Shown: positions 11,140-19,862 of the stretch, in pieces
Layout of the letters: each line of letters starts with the position of its first letter
How positions within the stretch are numbered: position 1 is the first letter of the stretch
From: an uncultured Methanosarcinaceae archaeon
GTDB lineage: Archaea; Halobacteriota; Methanosarcinia; Methanosarcinales; Methanosarcinaceae
DNA length: 64,000 bases
Direction of reading: 5' to 3'
Assembly (NCBI GenBank): GCA_963721455.1
Contig: CAVRJG010000039.1
Coordinates: 128,001 to 192,000, forward strand
The notes under the pieces: model-generated
What the model was told of the DNA's origin: nothing
The model's input: only the letters and a program-made list of their open reading frames with translations
Database searches by the model: none
Position numbers and translations under genes: made by a program

Positions 11140-11303
11140 GAGTAAGAAAAGTCCGGAAGCTCTATGTTCCTTTTACCGTAGCCCCCGATACAGTCGCTCT
11201 GAAAATACACTCCCCCAAGCGTATTAATTCAGAAAAGGACAAAGGGCTTCCGAGCAATTCTTCACTTACTATTCATACCTTACTCACTCGCTCTGTCCAC
11301 TCC
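11140..11303 (-). ncRNA. Putative structured sRNA, copy 1 (Y-shaped, two G-rich loops)
   Basis: Stem CGGAAGC..CCTTTT/AAAAGG..GCTTCCG encloses hairpins AATACGCT-TGGGGG-AGTGTATT and ACTGTA-TCGGGGGC-TACGGT; T-rich 3' end; ends approximate. Confidence 0.7.
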
Positions 11304-11329
11304 AAATTACAATATAGAATTATCCCTGT

Positions 11330-11350
11330 AATTATTTTAAATTAATTATA
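11330..11350 (-). promoter_or_regulatory. Shared TATA-like block of the three putative sRNAs (also 11986-12006 and 12497-12517)
   Basis: Identical 21-mer AATTATTTTAAATTAATTATA, 20-27 nt upstream of a shared GGAG start in all three copies. Confidence 0.65.
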
Positions 11351-11429
11351 TCAAAAATTAGTTTCGAACGAAAAATGCTTTCGCATAAAAAGTTTTAAAA
11401 CCGAAATATAATTTCATACTAAATCAATT

Positions 11430-11469
11430 TTTAGCGTTACGCTGGACTTATTTAGCGTTACGCTGGACT
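11430..11469. repeat. 19-bp direct repeat x2 with a palindromic core
   Basis: TTTAGCGTTACGCTGGACT at 11430-11448 and 11451-11469. Confidence 0.85.
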
Positions 11470-11699
11470 CAACGGAGCTTAAAAAAGAGCTACGGTAAAG
11501 AGGTTGATAGGGGATTAGTTTCAGCTTGCGATATGGTTGAAACTTTCAATAGGAATATATAAGGACGATTTCAGTTCTTCGAAGCCTTAACGAGACTTAG
11601 AAAAGAACTAAACAACATGACTCAAAAATAAAATTTGAAACCATAAAGCGAAAACATAACAAAAAAATAGCCTATTAGAAATCACAGCAAAAGAGTTTA

Positions 11700-11761
11700 G
11701 CAGGAAATAAAAAGAATAAGAAGAAGATATGCAGGAAATAAAAAGAATAAGAAGAAGATAT
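11700..11761. repeat. 31-bp tandem duplication
   Basis: GCAGGAAATAAAAAGAATAAGAAGAAGATAT x2. Confidence 0.85.
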
Positions 11762-11789
11762 AAAGGTTAGAAGAAATGAAGGTTACTAA

Positions 11790-11966
11790 AAGATGGTAAA
11801 GACAGTATGAATATACCCAGAGGCACTGTATCCTTTGACTTTATCCCCCAATAAAGCCTCTCCGAAATTATGCTCCCCCAAGCATATTGGTCCGAAGAAG
11901 GATCAGCGACCCCCAGAAAATTCTCTTATTTATTGTGGTAAATACCCCATCTAACTTCCCAACTCC
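11790..11966 (-). ncRNA. Putative structured sRNA, copy 2
   Basis: Stem GGGGGTCGCTGATCCTT/AAGGATACAGTGCCTCT; hairpins TATGCT-TGGGGG-AGCATA and GGCTTTAT-TGGGGG-ATAAAGTC. Confidence 0.7.
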
Positions 11967-12299
11967 AGAATATACTAATAACATAAATTATTTTAAATTA
12001 ATTATACAAAATATTCTATTTAAGCAAAAAATAATTCGGCGTAAAAAATTTCAATGCCACCATAGAGTCAAATTCAGAGCCTGCGTTTTAGCTGAGAAAA
12101 AAAGATTTTATACCAGGCCCGGAGTAAAACAGAAGTTTCGTCGCAGATAAAAAGAATTCTGTGGCAGATAACAAATATGAGATAAATAGCAGAACCACGC
12201 AAATAAATCATGGAATAAGAACAGAAAAACAGTATCTTTTTTCAAAAAATCCGAAGATAATAAATAAGAATAAAAAGGAAATCATTTAAAAACATGTGA

Positions 12300-12477
12300 A
12301 AACTCAGTAAGAAGAAGCCCGAGAGCAGTTTAGTCCCTTTGCCGTATCCCCCAACACAGCCGCTCCAACGATATGTTCCCATCCAAATATCGTAAAGCAA
12401 GGATCAGGTAGCTCCCGGGCAATTCTGTCACAACCCGCTACTTTGCTATTCAATCATACCCTGTCTCTTCCAGCTCC
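12300..12477 (-). ncRNA. Putative structured sRNA, copy 3
   Basis: Stem GCCCGGGAGC/GCTCTCGGGC; hairpins ACGATAT..GGATGGG..ATATCGT and GCTGTGT-TGGGGG-ATACGGC. Confidence 0.7.
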
Positions 12478-12695
12478 AGAATATAGTAAGAGAATAAATT
12501 ATTTTAAATTAATTATACAAAAAATTGCCTACAAACAAAAAATAGTTCCATGCAAAATATTTCAAAGCCAGAAAAGAACTGTAGGTAGAAATACATGCAG
12601 AAGTCAAATCTGACCGGGAAATTAAGACAAAAAGTCCCGGGCTGGCACAAAAATTAAGTACATGAATTAATCTATAAGTAAAAGCCTTAATATGC

Positions 12696-12768
12696 AGTCC
12701 TGTAGGGTAGTGGTCAATCCTTCGGGCCTTTGGAGCCCGGGACAGCGGTTCGAATCCGCTCAGGACTA
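12696..12768 (+). tRNA. tRNA-Gln(TTG)
   Basis: AGTCCTG...CAGGACTA acceptor stem, anticodon arm CGGGC-CT TTG GA-GCCCG, GGTTCGAATCC. Confidence 0.95.
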
Positions 12769-13389
12769 TAAAAATATTTTTAATAATTCTAAGTAATTGA
12801 TGTTTTTATTACTGTTTTTCAAACTCTTTTATTTACGCCTATTCACAAAGTGTTAGCTGAAGCAAAAAAATGTTTTTGACGTAAAATTAATCCAACTTAA
12901 TACCAATAATGCGCAAGATAGAGTTTGAGCCTTTTGATAGTTGGCCTATGATAGAATTACCAATTTTTTTGATTACTTCCTGGACTGGTTTATGGGAATC
13001 TCATGGCTTCATAGATTGCTTCCCTTTTGCTCCAGGTTCATGGTTTTTAACTCATTTTAAGCTCTTTCAAACTCTGGTTTCGTCGTTGAGTCATTGATTT
13101 ATTATTAGATCTGTAAATGCTATTACTTTTTGGGAAGGGGTTGAAATCACTTTCGAAATGAAGTTTTTACAGTTTTTTCTCCAGGACCAGATGCAGTAAC
13201 CCCTGCGGTAGCGGTAGAAAATTCAAACGTTGTCACGACCATCAAAAAGGAGGACTGGAAGGGAGAAATCGGAAGTAGAGTATAAACAGGGACAGGACTC
13301 TGCCACGACATATAGATCGGTTTTAGGAAATAAATGAGAAAGTGGGAAAATTGGAAGGTAAGATAAAGACACCTACCTCTCAACAATCA

Positions 13390-13617
13390 TCAGCGACCCC
13401 GATCGTCACTGTCACAATTGCCCCGATCTTTCCAGTTACAACCGCCACCATCTTTACTATGTCCATCTCCACCAGATCCATCTCCACCAGATCCATCTCC
13501 ACCAGGTCCATCTCCACCATCAACGACTCTTGCTGATGCAGTTGTCAGAGATACTACAAAAAAGACAACCAGTAAAATGACCAGCGTCTTTTTTATTATA
13601 GATGTTTGTTCCCCCAT
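13390..13617 (-). CDS. Secreted Gly/Asp-rich peptide, cassette A
   Basis: Signal peptide KKTLVILLVVFFVVSLTTASA, GGDG(P/S) repeats, tail GGGCNWKDRGNCD; RBS-like GGGGTG upstream. Confidence 0.7.
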   Translation of the reverse strand: MGEQTSIIKKTLVILLVVFFVVSLTTASARVVDGGDGPGGDGSGGDGSGGDGHSKDGGGCNWKDRGNCDSDDRGR

Positions 13618-14101
13618 TTGTCTACACCCCTAACTTTTGTTAAAATTGATACAATTCAAAACTATTGTTTAATAACACTTTTCGCAGGCAGAAGCCTTTA
13701 GTAAATATTATTTAACCAATTATATTATTTAATCGATTATATTATTTCACCAATTAGTCATCCAGATTTATTTCTTGAAGAGTATATTGGTCATTCTTTC
13801 TTGATTTTATGTCTGATATATTATGTGCCTATGAAAGCGATTTCAAATTGTACCATTACGAGATTATCATTGATGGAATATAATATTAATTGGATTATGA
13901 ATACGAAACCAATAAATATTAGTCTGAAATAATCGTGTCAAATTGCCGTAGATATACTTCAGTAATGATATTTACCACAATTAATTCTCATTTTTCATAT
14001 AACTTTACAAAAATATCACTCAATTGCCAAGAATTGCAATAGACTCAAAGTTCATATCGACTTAGATAATATAAAGTTCAGTAAATCGGGAAATATATAT
14101 T

Positions 14102-14231
14102 GAGCCTATCCCAAAAGCCACTTTATTCTTAATCATTGGGAATTTTCAGAATTTTTTTCATGATCTTGAGCTTGATTGATTATTCGAAATACAAGGCCCA
14201 AGAAGCAAATTTCAAGTTTTGGGATGAACTC
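14102..14231. mobile_element. 130-bp MITE-like element, family 1
   Basis: TIRs GAGCCTATCCCAAAA / TTTTGGGATGAACTC; inverted homologue at 62586-62715. Confidence 0.7.
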
Positions 14232-14583
14232 TATACCTGTAAATTCTATTACTTTTAGGGAAGGGGTTGAGACCACTTTCGAAAAAGAGATTTCACAGTT
14301 TTTTTCTCCAGGACCGGACGCAATAACCCCTGCCCCTGAGGTAGCGGTCGAAAATTCAAACGCTGTCACAGCCATCGTAAAGGAGGACCGGAAGAGAGAA
14401 ATCAGAAGTAAAGACCACACCGGGTTCAGCTACGGCCTATAGATCGATTTTATGAAAGAAATAAGTAGGAAAAAGTAGGAAATTAGTAGGAAAGCGAGAA
14501 AGTAGGATGAAGAAATCTGTGTTATGAAAGGAATAAAGTAGGAAAGTGAGAAAGTAGGATGAAGACATCCTACCTCTCAACAA

Positions 14584-14987
14584 TTACCACCAGTCACATC
14601 TGTCCCAGCAGCCCCAATCGTTCAAGCCACAGCCACAGCCGCCATAGCCGCCCCAGTTGCCCAGGCCCCAGCCGCCATAGCCGCCCCAGTAGCCGCCCCA
14701 GCCGCCATAGCCACCACGGTGTCCTCCACCGTATCCACCACGGTGTCCTTTAAATCCTCCACCGTATCCACCGCGGTGTCTCCTCCACCGTATCCACCTT
14801 GGTGTGATCCACCGCCACCGTATCCACCGTGTGATCCACCGCCACCGTGTCCCATCTGATGTCCACCGCCACCGCCACGGCCACCGCCACGGCCACCGCC
14901 AGGAGCGGCGCTTACTGCCGCAGCTGTCACAGATACTACAAAACAGACAACTAGTAAAATAGCCAGTGTCTTTCTAAGTTTCCCCAT
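14584..14987 (-). pseudogene. Secreted Gly/Tyr/Trp/Cys-rich peptide, cassette B, frameshifted near 14780
   Basis: Signal MGKLRKTLAILLVVCFVVSVTAAAVSA; after a 1-nt shift the frame continues HRGGYGGG..GGYWGG..CGCGLNDWGCWDRCDWW* (TAA 14584-14586). Confidence 0.7.
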
Positions 14988-15595
14988 TTGTCTACACTCC
15001 TAACTTTTGTTCAAATTGATACAATTCAAAGTGTTTTATAATCACTTTTCACAGGCAGATACATTGAGTAAAGATTATTTCACCAATTAGTCATTCAGAT
15101 TTATTTTTTGAAGAATTCCTTGAAGAAAATGTTATTGATACCTTCTATCTTCACTTATGTCCGATGTATATGCCTATGAAAGCGATTTCAAATTGTATCA
15201 ATATAAGATAATAATTCAAAGAATATAATATATACCGAATTATAGATAAGGAAATAATATATACTGAATTATACATCAGAACCAATAAATATGATTGTGA
15301 CCCATTAGCTGGCTGAGATTTTATTTTTTGAGTGTAGGTTATTCACCTGCACCTGTTTTCTAAGCTTATTTGCTTACGAGAAATTGAAACATATAATGTG
15401 AAAGAATGAGACTCGGAAAGCAAGTAGGGGAATATACTAGGGAAAAAATAGCAACTTATTATTAATGGACCGCCAATAAATATTAAAATCTGAATAATCA
15501 TGTAATCTGTTTTATGAAAGGAATAAAGTAGGAAAGCGAGAAATTAGGATGAAGAAATCTGTTTTATGAAAGGAATAAAATAGGGAAGTGAGAAA

Positions 15596-15615
15596 GTAGG
15601 ATGAAGACATCCTAC
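15596..15615 (-). terminator. 3' hairpin plus T-rich tract after cassette C (homologues 13357-13377, 14554-14573, 17439-17458)
   Basis: GTAGGATG-TCTT-CATCCTAC about 10 nt after the stop codon, followed by pyrimidine tracts. Confidence 0.6.
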
Positions 15616-15625
15616 CTCTCAACAA

Positions 15626-15916
15626 TCAACACCAGTTACAGCCCAAGTTACAGCCACAACTGCGGTCCCAGCAACCACTGCCACAGCCGCCCCAGCCGCC
15701 CCAGCCCCAGTTGCCGCCCCAGCCGCCCCAGTTGCCGCCCCAGCCGCCCCAGTTGCCGCCCCAGCCGCCACCGTGTCCGCCGTGCCGCCGCCAGCCGCCG
15801 CCGCCCCAGCCGCCACCGCCTCCATGTCCGCCGCGTGCGTCTACTGCCGTAACTGTCAATGACATTACAAACAAAACAACTAGCAAAATAGCCAGTGTCT
15901 TTTTCAGTCTACCCAT
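15626..15916 (-). CDS. Secreted Gly/Trp/Cys-rich peptide, cassette C (intact)
   Basis: MGRLKKTLAILLVVLFVMSLTVTAVDA-RGGHGGGGGWGG..GGNWGGW repeats..CGSGCWDRSCGCNLGCNWC*; RBS GGAGTG. Confidence 0.8.
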   Translation of the reverse strand: MGRLKKTLAILLVVLFVMSLTVTAVDARGGHGGGGGWGGGGWRRHGGHGGGWGGNWGGWGGNWGGWGGNWGWGGWGGCGSGCWDRSCGCNLGCNWC

Positions 15917-16470
15917 ATATCTACACTCCCTATTTTTGTTCAAATTGATACAATTCAAAACTATTGTTTTATAATCACTTTTCGCAGTTCACAGGCAGAT
16001 GCATTGAGTAGATATAATTTCACCAATTAGTCATCCATATTTACTTATTGAAGAATTTCTTGAAGGGAACATTATTTCAAGAGAATGCTATTGGTACATT
16101 CTATCTCCACTCTATGTCCGATGTATATGCCTGTGAAAGCGATTTCAAATTGTACCACTATAGAATCATCATTTATGGAATATAATATAAACAGAATTAT
16201 AAATAAGAAACCAATAAATATCAAAGTCTGAAATAATCCTGTCATTTTCCCGCAGATAGAGCTCAGTAATGAGATTTATCACAATCAATTCTCACTTTTT
16301 ACATAACTCCACAAAAATACCACTTGCGTACCCAAAATTGCAAAGCTCAAAGTTCATATCGACTTAAATAGTATAAAACTGGGTAAATCGGAAAATATTT
16401 ATTAATAATGTGTAGGTTTTACGAAGCCTTGACTCTTTTTCATTAAGCAGGTGATTTATCTCAATTCCAT

Positions 16471-16598
16471 AGGACTTACGCAGTTGGACTGAAAAACCAG
16501 TAGCTTGAGACTTCAAGTGATTCAAATCATAATATAAATCAAAATATATATGACAGATCTGCTCGTGTACTATGTTACCCCTCAGGTGCGTAAGCCCT
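16471..16598. mobile_element. MITE-like element, family 2
   Basis: TIRs AGGACTTACGCA / TGCGTAAGCCCT; second copy 18324-18436; related ends at 61530-61636. Confidence 0.65.
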
Positions 16599-17261
16599 AC
16601 GAATCAAAAACCTATTTCCTGAAGGCAGGATACAAAAGATCGTTTCTGACGAAGATAAAGCAATCATTGGAGCTGTAAAGAGTGTCTTCCCTGAAGTGGC
16701 TTATTCCTTTTGTGTATTTCACCAATTAAAAAACGTTAGCAAGAGGTATAGTGATGAATTCAACTCTATCACAAATATTCCAGATAATGATGAGCTTGTG
16801 TACAATGAGATGTCAATTAATACGCTCTGATACGGTCATCAGTGCTGTTGTATGTTTTCAAAAGATACGAGAATTGGATTCTAATCTGGAACTTTCAAAA
16901 GCGTCTCATAAAGCGATTTCTTATGCAAAAGAGATTTTCACGAAAAATGTAAGCTTTTTGAAAAAAGGGTTTACACCTGAGACAGATAAAATACAATGGA
17001 ACAGATATTTTCTTTGATAAGTGATGTTGTAGACAAAGCAAGATCATTCAAAACTGATAGTGGTCTAACTAATTTTTGTTACAATTTGTTTACTTATTTA
17101 ACAAACGGTGTTTCCACACTGGAAAATGGAGATGATTCTCACCCTTAATGAGGGTAAGATTCCAATATGGATAAAGGTAAAAGGAAAAAAGTAAACCTTC
17201 AATCTAAACTGAAATTCCTATAGCGGTAGCTAATGGAAATTTCCACAAAAAATAGGGTGCC
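16599..17261 (+). pseudogene. 3' half of a degraded DDE transposase (IS256/Mutator-like CxxH motif)
   Basis: IVSDEDKAIIGAVKSVFPEVAYSFCVFHQLKN, then frameshifts near 16810, 16990 and 17098 and an in-frame stop. Confidence 0.75.
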
Positions 17262-17468
17262 TAGTAAAAAATTGTATAAGTTCTTGCATGATTGAATCAA
17301 CTTTTCCAAAATGAGTAGATTGGTTCACTCCAAATTATGATGAAATTTCATGATTTTTTCGAAATTGAAGAAGAACCAGAAAAATAAAAAAGACTCGTAG
17401 ATATGTATTATGAAATAAATAAATGGAAAAGTAAGAAAGTAGGATGAAGACACCCTACCTCTCAAAAA

Positions 17469-17745
17469 TCACCACCATGTGCCACAACAGCCACAACGGT
17501 GGTCCCAGCAATCACAGCCGCAGCTGCGCCAGCCGCCCCAGTTGCCGCCCCAGCCCCAGTTGCCGCCCCAGTGGCCGCCCCAGCCGCCACCGTGACCCCA
17601 GCCGCCGCCGCCGTGTTCCACCGCCGCCGCCGCCGTGTTTCCAGCCGCCGCCACCATGTGGGCGGGCGTCTACTGCCGCAACTGTCAATGACATTACAAA
17701 CATGACAGCTAGTAAAATAGCCAGTGTCTTTTTCAGTTTAACCAT
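17469..17745 (-). pseudogene. Secreted Gly/Trp/His/Cys-rich peptide, cassette D, frameshifted near 17618
   Basis: MVKLKKTLAILLAVMFVMSLTVAAVDA-RPHGGGGWKHGGGG, shift, HGGGGWGHGGGWGGHWGGNW..CGCDCWDHRCGCCGTWW*. Confidence 0.7.
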
Positions 17746-18323
17746 ATATATCTACACTCCCAACTTTTGTTCAAATTGATACAATTCAAAGCTATTGTTT
17801 GATAATCACTTTTCGCAGGCAGATGCATTGAGTAACAGGCAGATACATTGAGTAAATATTATTTCACCAATTAGTCATCAATTAGTCGTCCAGATTTATT
17901 TCTTGAAGAGAATGTTATTGGTACATTCTGTTTTCACTTTATGCCCGATGCATTATGTGCCTATGAAAGCGATTTCAAACTGTATCACTTTGGTATCACT
18001 TTGATACACTTTGATATCATCATTCATCGAATATAATATCAACAGAATTATAAATAAGAAACTAATAAATATTGAGGTCTGAAATAATCTTGTCATTTTC
18101 CCGCAGATATAGCTCAGTAATGAGATTTATCACAATCAATTCTCACTTTTTACATAACTCCACAAAAATACCACTTGCTTACCCAAAATTGCAATGAGCT
18201 CAAAGTTCATATCGACTTGAATAGTATAAAACTGGATAAATCGGAAAATATATATTAGTAATGTGTTGTATTTAAGAAGCCCTGACTCTTTTTCATTAAG
18301 CAGGTTATTTATCTCAATTCCAT

Positions 18324-18436
18324 AGGACTACACAGTTGGACTGAAAAACCAGTAGTTCGAGACTTCAAGTGATCCAAATCATAATATATGACAGATCTGC
18401 TCGTGTTCTGTGTTGCTCCTCAGGTGCGTAAGCCCT
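18324..18436. mobile_element. MITE-like element, family 2, second copy
   Basis: Near-identical to 16471-16598 with a short internal deletion. Confidence 0.65.
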
Positions 18437-18607
18437 GCCAGGGACCTAAATCGTCAACATCCCAATTACAGCCTGAACTAATCGTTCAATCACCAATCAA
18501 TAGCAGTCACAGCCGTTCCAGCCGTGCCCGAGGAAGAAACCGCTCAGGACTATAATCTAATTTTTACATAATCCAGTTGAAATTGCCTATTGGTTTAAAA
18601 AAGGAAT

Positions 18608-19399
18608 TTATTTTTTTACTTCGACCAGATCTTTTCGCATTTTTCTTTTCAGTATCTGTTCAGAGATCCAGCCAATAGCATTGTAAACAGGATTTACCGG
18701 TACATCCACATAATATTTTGCTCCGGGACTGAGCCAGCCCTTTTCTTTCCAGTATGCGTAATCAGCAGGGGAGCTCTCGCCAAGTTCGCCAAAACTTGCC
18801 TTCTGGCCATGAAAAATTAATACATCCCGAAGCCCTGGCGGGAGGCGTTCTTTCTGGAGGGCATTGTAAAATACAAATGCAGCTTTCTCAAGTTTCCGGT
18901 CATTCTCCTGCTCTTTCTTCCTGGAAATTTGCATTGGAGGAGTTACGATGCCAACGCGGGAAGATACTTCAAAACCCCATACACCAGCCACTAATTTGAG
19001 GTAATCGAAAACTTTCTCAAGACCCAGCGCGCCTGTGGTAGAGAGGAGAAGGGCTTTTTTATCGAAAAAACGGGGACGGTGAAAGATATAAGAGAACCGG
19101 TCAATGAACGTTTTCATAAGTGCAGAAACATTCATACCATAAACAGGTGTAGCAAAGATCACCCCATCGGCAGCATGCATTTTCTGCTCGATAACAGGGG
19201 CATCGTCTTTACATGGACAATGATCCTCCCCTTTTACAAAACAGACAAAGCAGCCACGACACTGCAATAAATTCGCATCTTTGAGCATCAGGTATTCGAA
19301 TTCAACATTACCCTTAGACTGCATGAACTCTTCTATTTTCTTCGCCGCTCGATAAGTATTACCTTTTCGAGGACTTCCCATGATAACCAGGATTCTCAT
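18608..19399 (-). CDS. Flavodoxin-like NADPH-dependent FMN reductase / iron-sulfur flavoprotein family protein
   Basis: MRILVIMGSPRKGNT, CRGCFVC..C, ATPVY, MKTFIDR; start ATG 19399. Confidence 0.85.
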   Translation of the reverse strand: MRILVIMGSPRKGNTYRAAKKIEEFMQSKGNVEFEYLMLKDANLLQCRGCFVCFVKGEDHCPCKDDAPVIEQKMHAADGVIFATPVYGMNVSALMKTFIDRFSYIFHRPRFFDKKALLLSTTGALGLEKVFDYLKLVAGVWGFEVSSRVGIVTPPMQISRKKEQENDRKLEKAAFVFYNALQKERLPPGLRDVLIFHGQKASFGELGESSPADYAYWKEKGWLSPGAKYYVDVPVNPVYNAIGWISEQILKRKMRKDLVEVKK

Positions 19400-19862
19400 G
19401 ACCTTGAACACATTCTTTCCATTTTTTCCAAAATAGTAAGAGATATAATAGGAATTCTTGAATTCCTGCGAAAATAGGCCCAAGCTATCGTCATTGATCT
19501 AGCTGCGAACCATTGCACGAGAAATAATAATGTTAACTGGTCTTTTCCCATATATCAAAATTATCCGTAACTACTCAGAACACGCACGAAGATAAGAAAA
19601 AACCTGTCGGGCTCGAGGGAATAACCCGGATTCACAGCAGGAATGAAAACCAGTGGAGAGCCGTCTTCAGGGGACTTGAAATCTGAAAATTCGAGGAAAT
19701 TTTAATTATATAAATTAAGAGTAATTATATATTCATTAAAAAAGGTATTAAAATAAGGTAAAAATAAGGCAGGGCAAAGGGTTCATTTCTTAATTTTTTT
19801 CTTGTTGAAATGTTCCCTCATTTTAGTTTAAGAATTTTCAGGATATTTCCGGGGGCGAGAGG

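Larger units (their letters stand above)
12756..18555. mobile_element. Genomic island at the tRNA-Gln 3' end (no integrase seen)
   Basis: 16-bp direct repeat CCGCTCAGGACTATAA at 12756-12771 and 18540-18555; AT-rich, gene-poor interior with repeats, MITEs and an IS remnant. Confidence 0.7.

Noticed and set aside
11140-12517. Possible small-protein family or CRISPR-like array in the triplicated element, including ORFs 10986-11210 and 11887-12150
   Set aside because: No reading frame is shared by all copies; spacing and unit size do not fit CRISPR; conservation follows base pairing
14559-17779. Plus-strand ORFs starting MKT(S/P)YLS (14559, 15601, 17444) and Pro-rich ORFs (13418, 15711)
   Set aside because: Antisense shadows of the Gly-repeat genes; their shared start is just the conserved 3' hairpin
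17816-18015. 20-bp duplication and short TATCACTTTG-type tandem repeats in the cassette D upstream region
   Set aside because: Single copies in the other cassettes, so local slippage rather than a separate element
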